A stretch of DNA of 63,978 nt, filler included, from Octopus bimaculoides (GCF_001194135.2; 5 parts of 5 records of this genome joined end to end with filler, not necessarily neighbours in it), one strand, 5' to 3'. Numbered from the whole stretch's first letter, positions 25,802 through 40,820 are shown. Notes: generated from the letters alone by a model not told the origin. Numbers and translations are program-made.

Positions 25802-28800
25802 TGTATGTATGTATGTATGTATATGTGTGCGTGTATGTATGTGTGTGTGTGTGTGTGTCTGTGTTTGTCCTCCCATCATCACTTGACAACTGGTTCAGCA
25901 AAGAGCGGTAGAATAAGTACTAGACTTTAAAAAATAAGTCCTAGGGTCGAATTGTTCGACAAAAAACACTTCAAGGCGGTACTCCAGCATGGCCGCAGTC
26001 AACTGTATGAAACATAAAATAAATGAATAAAAGAATATATAATTCCAGGATGATTTTTGAATTTCTTTTATCTTTTCTTATACCTTTTACTTGCTTCAAT
26101 CATTGGACGACAGCCATGCTGAGGCACCGCCTTGAAAGACTTTAGTCAAACACATCGACCCCTTTAGTTATGTTTTTATTTCATTTTTTGAAATCTGGTG
26201 CTTACTTTATCAATATCATTTACTGAACTGCTAAGTTATTGCACATAAACAAACCAACACAGGTGACAGCATCGATAGAAAACACATAGACACATCTCTG
26301 TCTCTGTCTCTCTCTCTCTCTCTCTCTCTNNNNNNNNNNNNNNNNNNNNNNNNNNNNNNNNNNNNNNNNNNNNTTAATTAATTAANNNNNNNNNNNNNNN
26401 NNNNNNNNNNNNNNNNNNNNNNNNNNNNNTAAAGCCACACTTTTTTCCAAGATGAAACTTTTAAATGAGAGTATCTTGAAAACATTCTTCCCCAAGAGCA
26501 CATTCCTTCAAACCTATTTCCTCTATGGTTTTCATTTTAAAATAACAGATATTTTGATTCAAAATCAATTTTTCGGCTTATTCTGTCAATTTTAAACTCA
26601 CGTATTGTGACGCAACCACTTTTTTATGAACTAAATTTCAATTACTTGATATCAACTTGCAGCTTCGGACTGGACCATCATTGCAAGAAAAAACCGCATC
26701 TGATTTGGTTGAGAACTGCTCGGGAGTGACTAAAAGTTGATCTGAAGTATATATTCACTCATTGCCATGAGTGTATGATGTGTGTGTGCGCGTGCGTTTG
26801 TGTTCGAGATGCATTCAGAATGTATCCGGCCTTTTAACATGCGTGTCTCTGGGTGTGTAGAGAGAGATAGAGATACATCATCTACTTGTTCTGTCATTCC
26901 CTCTCTCTCCCTCTCGTTTTTGATCTCTGAAAGGAAGAATCTCTGCAAGATATTTTAGTTTCCATCAATCGTCACATATTCTCAATTCAAAACCGGCCCG
27001 AAATTAGGTTATGTCAGTAACGCGGGGTTAAATGGGGCAAATAGAACAGCAAGGAAGCAAACTCAGTATGAAACCTGCCTGCATGACCTGAATACTACTA
27101 CATATATCAATGTAATCATAAAAATTAAAAACTGTCATATCTTATGCAAGACATATAATTAAGTAATATCTATTTAGGATTCAAAATACACAAATGCAGT
27201 GTGATGTTAGAATCTATATTCATTAACATCCTACAAAGGGCGAATAGTTTTCAGTGAAACAATATATATACAAATCGCTTTGAAAGGTTGTATTAAAGCA
27301 TAAAAATATATACGTGTATGTACGTATGTATGTTTTATAATTTTTGTCATATTCATATCAAATCAGAATAACACATCTTTGGCAAAGTTTTTAATTAACG
27401 ATTACGGTTATAGATGTCATTGATCAATATCTGCATTAACAAAAAAAAAGTCACATTCCGTGCTTTTATTTTCGTTAATCAATGGTGTGTTTATATGCAT
27501 CAATTTACGACATTTTCTAAATTAGGAAAAGATCAATAAAAGTAATTTTCCAATACAAGCAAAATCATTGCATGGAATATATATATATAAGCGTGGGTTT
27601 ATAGTAAGAACTTTGCTTCCCTGTCACATAGCTCTAGGTTGAGTGTCAGTGTATGCTACAATAGACAACAGCTTTGCCATTCTCGTGCGACGTTCACATA
27701 ATCGTAATACATGAACGTTGTCCAATGAATTTGTGCCGTAACGGGTAATACTGTGAGTCACATTCCTACTTCAACAACAAACTATTTTGATAACAACGGC
27801 AAGTACAGATATAATTCCTGACACCACTCCATATAATATACACTTAACAAAATTTCATATGAAATTGGTCACATTTGAAATATAAATTCTAATTCATTCA
27901 GATATTTTTTCTGTAGATTTTCAACTTCATTACTCCTGTTCCTCCACTTGTTTGGTTTATTAACAATTTTTCTATGAGTGTGCGTGTGTGTGGGTTGTGT
28001 CCGTGTGTGCGTACGTGTGTGTGAGTGTGTGTGTGTGCGTGTGTGTGTGTGTGCGTGTGTGTGTGTGTATGTGCGTGGGCGTGTGTTTGTCTCCTGCCAC
28101 AATAGCTTCACAACCATTGTTGTTTTCTAAGTCCACGTAACTTAGTGGTTTCGCAAAACGACTCTGACAGAATAAGTACTAAAACAGTACTGGGGGTTCA
28201 TTTTTTTTCGACTTAACACTTGAAGGTTGTCACTTAAAAGTTGTGAGCGTGAATGTGTGTGTGTGTGTAGTACATATGTATCGAAATATACACACAACGA
28301 CGTCTGAACACATCCACGTATACATATAGTAAGAACCTTGGAAGATGTTATTTAATGTGAATATTTTAAACATATAGATCGATACAATGAGTATGATGTA
28401 ACCAATTTCCAAAATACATAACTGCGCTTTTCTCTTGAAGTATTCCCAAAACAAGTGAACATGCAGAAATGTTTCCAAAAATATGCCAAATATTTTGGCA
28501 CATACACCAACATTTTTCACAAACTGTCGCATTTAATTGATACCAACTATTTTGGCACACACACCAATATTTTTCACAAAATGTAACATTTAATTGATTG
28601 CTTGTTTGTTAGAGCATTAAAATGCACCAACCATAATCTCTATGTTTTATTAGCAACTAAATCTGAACGTTTTATTACATGTTGATAACTGCAGTTAAGA
28701 AAGTAGTCGTCATTGATTTTCTTCATTAAAATCTTTCGTTATATTCACCTATGCCATTAAGATTTGCATGCTCATACATGATGTGCTATGTTCGTATACA

Positions 28801-29607
28801 TCAATATTTGTGTGTTCCTGTACATGTGGTTGTTTGTGTGTAGGTATATATGTGTGTATCAAAATGTACATCACTATACTTATAGTTTTAGGATCAAACT
28901 CTCGAATGAAAACATCAAGCACGCCATTCAGGTTACCACAACCATTTGGGTACGGTTAGCAAGCGTTCAAAATATATAACCGCTAGATTTTAACATTCTT
29001 CCATACTCCGAACAATGAAAAACATCATAGACGCTATCCCTGTTTCTCTTAAGTAAAGATGTTAAATTAATATAATCCAACAATATTAATGGATACGAAA
29101 CTTTTATAGCACAAAATTGTGTATTGTGTTTGTGCACACGTGTGTGCGTATGTGTGTGTGCGCGTGCATAAGCGCACGTGTGTGTCGGGGGGTGTATTTC
29201 GTTTGAACGATTCTTGATGTGAATTTGTATGTTTAGAAACCTATTGTTTTTAGAGTAGATCACTGCGCCAATTAAAATCAAAAGAAACACACGAACCGTG
29301 CCAGTACTACTTTTATATTTTTTCAGCTAACTATCCGATGGTCTGTTTAATGGGATGATCGAACAATCAGTGGTGACCCTATTGCAGACATATATTATCA
29401 ATGACATACGTTGTTTATCTATTCAAATATTGTTAAGTTGTTTTTGAAGACTGGGGATATGTCATTGATGTGGTCAGGAATAGCGACGAAAGCACTCTAA
29501 AAGAGGAAGCCAACAGCCGTCTGATTTTTCAGTCAGCGCATTAAAATAAAATAACACTGGATAGTTAATTGGGAAAATGGAAAAGCGGACATGAACCCCA
29601 GACGCAA

Positions 29608-29639
<32 letters not shown>

Positions 29640-32600
29640 NNNNNNNNNNNNNNNNNNNNNNNNNNNNNNNNNNNNNNNNNNNNNNNNNNNNNNNNNNNNN
29701 NNNNNNNNNNNNNNNNNNNNNNNNNNNNNNNNNNNNNNNNNNNNNNNNNNNNNNNNNNNNNNNNNNNNNNNNNNNNNNNNNNNNNNNNNNNNNNNNNNNN
29801 NNNNNNNNNNNNNNNNNNNNNNNNNNNNNNNNNNNNNNNNNNNNNNNNNNNNNNNATATATATATATATATAAGCGTGTGTGTGTGAGAGGGAGTGTATC
29901 TATATATATACGTAAATATTTTCTATAACTATCTCGTTAAGTCAAGTAAGCAACTTAATTCACAATCTAATGTGCATAAAAGATAAACGGTTTTCTTTGT
30001 TTTTATTATTTGCTTGTAGTGGACCAATAGAATTTTCGCTTTTGCGTGTATAGCTTGTAGATTCCGCTTGCCCTACATCTTTTCAAACATTCGCGAACTT
30101 TCTGAAATTCTAAATATGTCGATACATGTATTCTGTTGTGGTTCGTTTCGGGAAAATACAAGCATGTAAATCTCATTTGTCCTCCCTGCATCCATCTAAA
30201 TATTGTTGGACAGAGTAGGAAGTGCATACGTAGCACATACAATTACCTGAGACATTTATGTGATTTTAGCCCCGACGAAGAGAAGAAATATAAGACTAAT
30301 CACTGCATGAAATCAATCCCCAATTCAACGCTAAATATATTCTACATCTAGTTATGCTATCACCTTCATGTTATGAGAATGTCAAACCGTAACCCAAGAA
30401 GAAAGAGTTCAAACCAAAGACCCTGTAAAATGGCCATGAATTTTATAGTTGATTAAAATAAGAACACTGATCTGATCATTATCATACTAACATAGAAATA
30501 GGACATCTAAAACTAGCATTAGGTTCGTGGTGAAAAGAATTCCAGCCACGTAGCATACACTGAGATTGTTTTTTACTGATTTACTGATATTTCCAGACAG
30601 TCGGTATCTGTAGTCACACGCTTCGATGCAGCATCGTTCTGTGATGCAATTGTAATCGTGAAGTGAGGAACTTGATGTCATTGTGAATTGCAATATCGTC
30701 AGGCGTTCTCGCTAACCTGTCAATGTAGTAGGTGGAATGTTGGTCATGGATTCGATCGGTGATTTGCTACTGGACACTCTAGGGATCAAAGAAATTGTTA
30801 ATTATTTCGTTTCTACTTGAAGCTTATGGGGAAACTCTAGAAAATCCGGTCTGCCAGCGCTAGCGGTGGTACGGTCATTTCTGAATAAATGCTTCATACA
30901 TGGATGTGTTTTTAGCCACGCCAATCCAAGATGATCAGAGAGAAGTAAAACCTTTCTCAACGCAATTATTCCCTGTCTGAACGTTGCTGAGAAGTGAAGA
31001 TGTGTTGAATTGTACTTCATTCGCTCTCTATTGTGTGACATGTTCATGGGGAAGAGGATGCTCGAGATTTCTTTGATAACCAAATCAAATCAATTTGAAT
31101 ATTTGTCTAGTGAAGTCTATAAATTCCTCGACTGATTCCATTATTATGTTTTGAAGTATGACTTATTATCTGTATCTTTTATACTGTCGGCATTCTTTCG
31201 CAGCTTTTCCTTATACTTAAAGTTCGTCAACGATTCTTCTCTCATGCATTTGAAGCTTTTCTGTTTTTGTAGTCAGATTTGTAACATGGGCAGGTTGCTT
31301 TCCCGAATCGGTGATGAGGCGTTTGTGCATCATCCAGCAGTCAGCACCCGTATTTCTTTTTATCACGATGATCATATGATTTCTTTATCGTATTGTCAAA
31401 TGGAAACGCAATATGTAAATGCTTACAGCGTGGACGAGTCTAATTGATATTGAAGCCATTTGAAATCCAGTACTCATTTAAGGAATTGGTAGTTGATTTG
31501 CATTGCTGTTTCCAATTCCTTGCTTTTCCGTACTGTTTACTTTTTACCTGCATTGAAGACACTAGATATAACGAGATTACCGTTGTTCCCATAAACAAAT
31601 GTTCAGTTGATGGCACAATTTGTTAACGTTCTCATCGTGGTCTAGTATACGTATAGAGTTGCAGATAAAAAATATTATAAAATCCTAAATAGACATTTAT
31701 GAGTCTCCAATTAGAACCTGTTGGTGTGAATAGATATTTATTCATCAGTGTGGTTTTATAGAGAAACAACTACTTTAAAAACAGCATACTTTTCCTTGTT
31801 GTGGTCCTTGAGGAGGTAGCAGTACTCATTGTTGTATTTTGCCTTTGTTGTTGATTATTATTGTTGTTTGTTGTTGTTTATGATGTAGTTGTTGCTGTTG
31901 TTGTTGCTCTTCTTCTTCTTCACCTACACTTCGTCGTCGTCGTCGTCGTCTTATTCATTTTGCCAGTCTCAAGTAGTTGCCTTTCATGTTAAGCAGAACA
32001 CTACACTACATTTTCTAATAATTCAATTATGATAAGCGATAGACTCCTTATGTTTCACTGCAAATGAACTGCAGTCCAACGAGTTTAGGTAAAGTCCTGA
32101 CAAATTCTTGGTATTTTTCCATGTGGAGTGTTTAAAATTGGGTGTTAAAACAGAGAGTCAAGAAGAGATTCGTTGTTAGCCACGTGTCACAAAAAGTTGG
32201 TGATCGCATGTATAAGGAGTTCGCAGCCATCAACTTTACTACATTCATCTTTAAACATTTAGATAAGTTCGGTATGAAGAAATTTCCATGTCACAGATTT
32301 GGTCAAGTGGGATTCCAATTTTGAATTTATTTCCAGGAACAACATATAAGAAATCAGTTTGGGGGTACATATATGTCACATTGTCAAGCAGGCGAAGTAA
32401 AGCGAAAAGATTGCTGTTATTACTGCATCTTAGCCAGTCTCTTTGGCATTATTCCCTCCTGACACTACAGCCGTCGGTGACAACACGCAAATTAATTCTT
32501 CTTAGGAGTTACAGTGGGTTGTAATTACAGATTTTTTTCAGGATGTGGCATGGCTCTTTCGCTCTGCGATTAAGTGTAGGGGCCACTTTTATAAGAATGG

Positions 32601-33651
32601 CTTTTGAATTTTCGTAAATATTCTTGTCACTTCCTTGTGCTTTATCCTTCAGCAGTTTGTTTACCATGGTCTTTAGCTATCCGCTTCAGGGGGGGGGGGG
32701 GAATGCATTTCCTTTGATAGCGAACTTTGTCAGTACGTACAACATGAGAGCCCAGATCACTTCAAAACAATCATATTACCTAGCATAATATAAGAATTGT
32801 GGTGAATTAAAAAAAAAAACATTTATATGTATATTTATGTGTGTTTGTATAATTGCATGTGCGTAAGAGATGTATGTTTACGTGTGTGTGTGAGTGTGTA
32901 CAAAACGGAAAATGTGAGCAACATAGTCGCTAGTGTAGAACATTAATTAATATTTGATATATCTTAATGAACATATCCGAATTTAACAGATATAAGTCAG
33001 GATATGAGGTTAGAAAACACTAAATCCTTTTATTTTTGAGGTATCTCACAAGTTGAAAATGTATTTGTTTATTTATCATAATTGAATTCTACACAGGATT
33101 TGGTGCATGTGTTAGAAGGCTTGCTAGTTTATCCGGATGCATTTGAATAGACTGGAGGGAGAAAATTATTTAAAGAATGTGGAGAAGCAATTAAATTTGG
33201 AAAATGAAATAGGAATGGAATGAGAAGTGATGAGAATTTCGGGGCGTGTGTGTGAAGACTGAAGCTAGAACTTAATAATATTAGTCTTAGATACCGAAAA
33301 TAGATATTTATGAACCAGAATATTAATTATCGCCTTTTCACCTGCGGCCAATTTATGAGTTAATAGAATGTTTTGTGACGCGTTGCCAAAGTTGAACGCG
33401 CATAGCTTATTTATTTTCCGAGACCGGACTGGGTACAGTAGTGTAATTGAATTACATATAATATTCAACGCTATCATCTCACCTGTTGTCTGTGTATTGG
33501 AGTGTACAAAGGTTACTAAGTGTTTTACAATGGAAGCGACACCAACATATTTACTTAGGAAACACACACACGCACACACTCATATATATGTATATATGTG
33601 TGTGTATATATATATATATATACCTGCATATATATAGATATATATACAAAC

Positions 33652-33723
<72 letters not shown>

Positions 33724-33769
33724 GTGTGTATATATATATACCTCGTGTGTGCATGTATATGTATATATA

Positions 33770-33859
<90 letters not shown>

Positions 33860-34719
33860 TATATTTATATGCATGTATGTATTTGTGTAAACGAATACAT
33901 ATTTAGATATATATTATACATATATATGTGTGTGTGTGTATGTGGTGTATATGTGTTTGTGTGTGTATGTGTATACACTTACACATTCCAGACAAATTGG
34001 AAGAACCAAATTTTCCCAATCCCATATACACACCTGCACGGGTGTATGCATGTATTAGATATATTCACCCATGCATGCATATACACAATCCGTCATACAT
34101 ACATATACACATTTAAAATTGCATGCTTACACACAAACATACATCAAACACGAAAGCTATAGCTGACGGCAAGATTTTAATGGTAGAGGAATGGATTCTC
34201 TTTGTGAATTAGATAACTCGTTCCACAAAGGAATTTATAACAAGTTTTCCAGTTTAGTTACTACACTTGTATTCACTGTATAATCGATACATTTTGAGAA
34301 GTTAACATCAAGCATTTTATGAGTGGACTACAAAATATATAGAATGCGTGTAATTGCCGACATTTTTAAAGACTACGTTACATACCCTAAGATACTTATA
34401 TACACATGTGTGTGTGTGTACACGTATGTTGTGTTTGCATGCATGCATCTGCCTTTTACTTCTTTCACTCATTTCAATGAACCCATGCTGTGGCGCCGCC
34501 TTTTAGGGTTTATTCGGAAATATCGATGTCCTGACGTATTCTTTTAACGTTTAGTACGTAATCTATCGGACTCTTTTGCCAGATCAGTAAGTTATGGTGG
34601 TGTAAACACATGAATACCGGTTGTTATGTGGTGTGAAGGGGACAAACACACATATACATATATGCATATATATATTTACATACATACAATCATATATATA
34701 TATATATATATATATATAA

Positions 34720-35540
34720 TTGTTAAGGAGGACAACAAACGTGGAGGCAAGGGAAACATCTCAAGTCATTAAAGTTGTTATTATTTCAAAAATTCAGTCT
34801 TACAGCTGTTTCTGGGATATCCCAGAGTATGGGATATCCCGTCATCAGATACAAATAGGAAAAATGAGAAGGGTATAGATTAATTAAATGACGACACAGA
34901 GGACAGGATAAAAGGAAGAAGGATATACAGAAAGAGAAGAAGAAGCATAAATGTTCACATTTCAAGTTTCAGACATGTAGAAGTAAGTCCGTAAGTCCTT
35001 ACATGTAATCCTGTGTATATCCATGTAGATTAAATTCCTAATACTGTAAACATATAGAAATAGACGCGAATGTATCAGCGTTCAGTAACAGAATGGTAGC
35101 AGAAGTGGCTATAAAATGGTAAAAGAAAGAAAAATTGAAAGTGAGGTAGAGAGAGTGAGGGGGGATATTAAGGATGGGTTAAGTTTAGAGAAGTATTCTT
35201 TAAGTGCTCGAGCGTAATTGCATAGTCCAGCAGTAAATACATAAATTTAAAACAGTTTCCTATACAGCCTTTAAATTATAAATACTACTATCGTAAATAT
35301 GAGGGTAATAAATTAGACTAAATTATTACCTGTGGTTAGCATGCATAAATAAAATTCAGAAGATATAGCATATATTTAAAATATAAAAGTATATAGAATC
35401 TTTCTATGCACAAAGAGGAGACAGGACAACTTACATGCTAAAAAGGCCAGTTAAAATCTAAACCATAAAAAGGAGAATTCATGAGGACCGTTGATTAGAA
35501 TACCAGAACGACAAAATAAGTCAAATAGTTAATCACGAAC
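34720..35540 (-). mobile_element. Non-coding Penelope-like pseudo-LTR or retrozyme-like insertion at a (TA)n tract
   Basis: Starts immediately after (TA)n; carries a hammerhead motif ~75 nt from its end; no recognisable ORF. Confidence 0.55.
34796..34852 (-). ncRNA. Type I minimal hammerhead ribozyme motif
   Basis: - strand GUAU CUGAUGA C GGGAUAUCCC AUACUCU GGGAUAUCCC A GAAAC AGCU GUA^AGACU: intact core, 10-bp stem II, palindromic stem III (ACAGCUGU), stem I 3 of 4 pairs. Confidence 0.75.
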
Positions 35541-36404
35541 TGTGTGTGTACACGTATGTTGTGTTTGCATGCATGCATCTGCCTTTTACTTCTTTCACTC
35601 ATTTCAATGAAGCCATGCTGTGGCGCCGCCTTTTAGGGTTTATTCGGAAATATCGATGCCCTGACGTATTCTTTTAACATTTAGTACGTAATCTATCGGA
35701 CTCTTTTGCCAGATCAGTAAGTTATGGGGGTGTAAACACATGAATACCGGTTGTTATGTGGTGTGAAGGGGACAAACACACATATACATACATGCATATA
35801 TATATTTACATACATACAATCNNNNNNNNNNNNNNNNNNNNNNNNNNNNNNNNNNNNNNNNNNNNNNNNNNNNNNNNNNNNNNNNNNNNNNNNNNNNNNN
35901 NNNNNNNNNNNNNNNNNNNNNNNNNNNNNNNNNNNNNNNNNNNNNNNNNNNNNNNNNNNNNNNNNNNNNNNNNNNNNNNNNNNNNNNNNNNNNNNNNNNN
36001 NNNNNNNNNNNNNNNNNNNNNNNNNNNNNNNNNNNNNNNNNNNNNNNNNNNNNNNNNNNNNNNNNNNNNNNNNNNNNNNNNNNNNNNNNNNNNNNNNNNN
36101 NNNNNNNNNNNNNNNNNNNNNNNNNNNNNNNNNNNNNNNNNNNNNNNNNNNNNNNNNNNNNNNNNNNNNNNNNNNNNNNNNNNNNNNNNNNNNNNNNNNN
36201 NNNNNNNNNNNNNNNNNNNNNNNNNNNNNNNNNNNNNNNNNNNNNNNNNNNNNNNNNNNNNNNNNNNNNNNNNNNNNNNNNNNNNNNNNNNNNNNNNNNN
36301 NNNNNNNNNNNNNNNNNNNNNNNNNNNNNNNNNNNNNNNNNNNNNNNNNNNNNNNNNNNNNNNNNNNNNNNNNNNNNNNNNNNNNNNNNNNNNNNNNNNN
36401 NNNN

Positions 36405-36460
<56 letters not shown>

Positions 36461-36719
36461 TGTGTGTGTGTGGTTGGCCAAAGGTCATCTGACAGTAAAT
36501 CGAAATAATACAAAAAGTTATTTCATGTGAGACTTTCACTACTAAATACACAAATGTTGAAACAAAAAATGCGCTCACTTTAACTCAATATATATTCAAT
36601 TGTTAAACATCCATAATTGAAATGAATAAATAAAATTCAATATTAAGCATTTATGCAATTTTGATTTACTGTCGGGTGACCTTTGGGCAACCTTGTATAT
36701 ATGCGTTTTTACTTTATAT

Positions 36720-37110
36720 ATTTTTTACTTGTTTCAGTCATTTGACTGCGGCCGTGCTGGAGCACTGCCTTTAGTCGAGCAAATCGACCCCAGGACTTAT
36801 TCTTTGTAATCCTAGACCTTATTCTATCGTTTTCTTTTGCCGAACCGCTAAGCTACGGGGATATAAAAACACCAGCATCAGTTGTCAAGCGACGTTGGGA
36901 GAACAGACATAGACACACAAACACACATACATACACATATATATATATACATATATACGACGGGCTTCTTTCAGTTCCCGTCTACCAAATATACTCACAA
37001 GGCTTTGATCGGCCTGAGGCTATAGTAGAAGACACTTGCACACGGTGCCACGCAGTGGGACTGAACCGAGAACCATGTGCTTGGTAAGCGAGCTACTTAG
37101 CACACTGCTA
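36720..37110 (-). mobile_element. SINE family C, full-length
   Basis: Colinear with 22360-22790. Confidence 0.82.
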
Positions 37111-37160
37111 CTCCTGCGCCTAGATACATATGTATATGCAGGTATACATATATGTGTGTA

Positions 37161-37213
<53 letters not shown>

Positions 37214-37231
37214 CCGTATACAGATACACTC

Positions 37232-37276
<45 letters not shown>

Positions 37277-38149
37277 GATATATATATATATATATATATA
37301 TATGCTTATACATATATACCAATTCCATAGACAATTACTGTCCACTGATTTCCTCTCAAAACAAAAACTATGAAAGGATATCTAGTAAGTGGTAACTGAA
37401 ATCTTATTGCTGCGTAGGTACAATCTTCGTCATATACCCAAGACCACCGCATACTGACGAACATATTTTATACGCATAAACTCATCTTACCATATAATCT
37501 GTAGAACACAGTTCAGAGAATGACAAAAAATCAAAATTGTTCACATAGTTCTGGTCTGTTTGATAGTGTTAGGCATTATGTGATTAGCTTGATTTGTGGG
37601 AAGACTATAATCCAACATTTTTTTTTCTGTATGAATGCTACTATTATCTGAGATACTATTTTTGTTAACCTTTTGCTACACCTACCGATTTTCTGATAGC
37701 TGACATACACTACAATACTTACCATGTATCTTGTGATAAAAAAAAAAAAGCGACATTTTAAGCATTTTAGAATATTATTGAAGAAAAATAATTTGATTAA
37801 GAATTTTTCCTCACCAATTACAACCGCATTATTTCTCCGTCATTCTTTTGCTAGAAATGAACTTCATTCTCCGAGATGCAATCCAGCACATATCCCTAAA
37901 TATCACTAATGCATATACGCTCCTCATGAAATCAACTCCAAATCAAATTAATATTTCATCCGATGCTATATCATGTAAGATACTACACACTGAGGTCTAC
38001 TTGAACCGTTCACATATTAAGGCTTCTATTGGCCAATATTTAAATAGAATTTACTGGATTTATCGTAAATGATAGCATCGATAAAACGGTATAAACTGAT
38101 CAATCATGTTTTGTGAGATATGAATAATCCATTTGAAGAGAAAATACAG

Positions 38150-38520
38150 GTGCAGGCGTGGCTGTATGATAAGAAGCTTGCTTCCCAACCACATGCTACC
38201 AGGTTCAGTCCCACTGCATGACACCTTGGACGAGTGTCTTCTACGATAGCCTCCTCGGGCCGACCAAAGCCTTCTGAGCGGATTGAAATTGAAAGAAGCC
38301 CATCGTATACATATATATATGTATGTAAATATTTATGTGTTTGTGTTTGTCCCTACACTATTGCTTGACGACAAATGCAGGTGTGTTACGTCCCAGTAAC
38401 CTAGCAGTTTGACAAAAGAGAACGATTGAATAAGTACTAGGCATACAAAGAATAAGTCCTGTTCGACTGAAGGTGGTGCTCCAGCATGGCTGCAGTCAAA
38501 TGACTGAAACAGGTAAAAGA
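38150..38520 (+). mobile_element. SINE family C, full-length
   Basis: Head, internal (TA)n and 3' end cagcatggctgcagtcaaatgactgaaacaggtaaaaga. Confidence 0.8.
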
Positions 38521-39312
38521 CTATTTTTCACACTAAAGTATGAAATGTACTGCTAATTAGATTACGTACAAAATCTAGGTGCGAATAGATGTGAGAATAA
38601 AAGATATATTTCATAGACTTTCTTCATCATTATTATTGAATGTATAAAGTAGAAGCGAAGTATAGAGAGAGTAATTAATTTTCTGCATGGTATTTATTAA
38701 AATATATTCTTTTTACTTGAAACATTAGTTTTAATCTTCATGGAAAATTATTGAGTGATGATTCAATATTGTTAAATATCAACTTATTTGTAAACGGATT
38801 ACTGCATAAGCACTTCTTAACAAAAGAAAAACATATTCTTCTGGTCGAAGACGGACCTTATGCAGAATATATATTCTTTCCACTCCCTGCTTGAAACACC
38901 ACATCATTGTAATGTTTTCCGATTTGTAATGTTTAAGTGTATCAATAAGTTCTCTAGAAAGTACCGTTTTATCTTTGATGAAATATTATTCAGAAATAAT
39001 TATATATAAACACGCTCACTATGAAATTATTGTTCCCTACTCTTATAATCTACGTTTCATAAATATATAAAACATCTAAAGAAATAAGAAAGCATACAGA
39101 AAAACAGTTAACAAATACTTTACAATTCATAGATCGAAATTGCAATGCGTTGCGCTATTTTTCTCCCACTATGTATGATCTTGCTTTAATATCAAACAAA
39201 GTATGCGTTATGCGTGTTATGGTGTGCGTGTGTTTGTGTGTGTGTACATAAAAATATACGTGTACGCACGTGTGTAAATATGTAAATGAATATCTATGCA
39301 TATGTATATGCG

Positions 39313-39436
<124 letters not shown>

Positions 39437-40776
39437 GAATTATCGATCTACATCTTATAAAACTGCTATTTGAATACTAGTGGATAAGAACAGTCAATAG
39501 AATTGGAGGAGCGTCGGCCAAATTGCCTTCTTGTCACCATACTTTAATTTTGCAAGTATCACGTAGTAGCCTTCCTATAGCTGTCTGTGCACTTCATCAG
39601 CTATATGAGAGTGTGCCCGTGTGTCTGTGTGTCTGTGTGTCTGTGTATCTGTGTGTATATATATATATAGATGGATGGATGGATGGATGGCTTTATTATC
39701 AGTATTCAAAATCAATTAAAAAGAGATAACGACATTAGTAATAAATGTAATGTTATTAGATGATAATTAAAACTGCAACATCCCAAGAGACATCTATGTT
39801 TATTTTAATATCCACTCAGTGGGTACAGTACGGTTGTTTGATTGGATGATGACAAGTATCAATAAAATAAGATAAATGCTTGGTGTTCAATTGTTTGGAA
39901 AATAAACAGCAGGGGAAATAGACTGAAGAATAACAACAACTGAATACAAGAAACAATGCAAAAATATTCCTAATCCTCACTCTGAAATGATGCTTCTTTA
40001 TTGTGAATAGTTGATGTTTGCATGATTTAACTTAGTGAAAAGACTTAGTCAAGCGAATATCGGTTACAAAATTGAGACAGTAAATAGAGATAACATTTGA
40101 ATTTTTGAGTTGGAAAAATATTCCAATAATGATGTAGAAAAAAAGAAATGAGTGGGATTCTGTAATGGAATACGAACAAAATATAATCTCTATTTTCATG
40201 GTAAAAATTATCAGAAATAAGTACGAACAATTGATCTGTAAGCCACGGGAAGCACAAACCGAGAAAAAAAAACATAAAAGAAATGATGCATTGCAGGACA
40301 TTTACAATAGATTAAGAAGTAATTGTTAGTAATATTTAATAATTGTTACTCCTTCAAAGACAAATACACAGTACACAAAAGGTTCGGATTATGTTGCTGT
40401 ACAATATATTAGGACATAAATAAACGGGAATCAGGTGCTGCGCTGTGTCTATTTCACAAACCAAGTGCTTCTGACAGTAAAAATAAAAAATAGAACGAAT
40501 TCTATGAATATCTGAAAGAAAATCTTATTAAAAGTATCTCTGATATATTTTAGGTGGCAGAGACGAAAAAATGAAATACATACATACGTATGTGTGTGTG
40601 TGTATGTGCGTGTATGTGTGTCTGCATTTTATTACAAGAAAACAAAATAATCTTAATTCCTGGAAAGTTATCACACAGCCGCCAGAATTTTGTTCTAAAT
40701 TTATATCCCCGAAGCAAGTATAAATAAAGAGTTTTTCTCTGTAAACACACATACACACTTGTATTTGGTCCTCTCT

Positions 40777-40820
<44 letters not shown>

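Larger units (their letters stand above)
34411..35821 (+). repeat. 281-bp direct repeat pair (34411-34691 and 35541-35821)
   Basis: Offset 1130 bp, about 5 substitutions; the second copy ends at an N gap. Confidence 0.9.
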
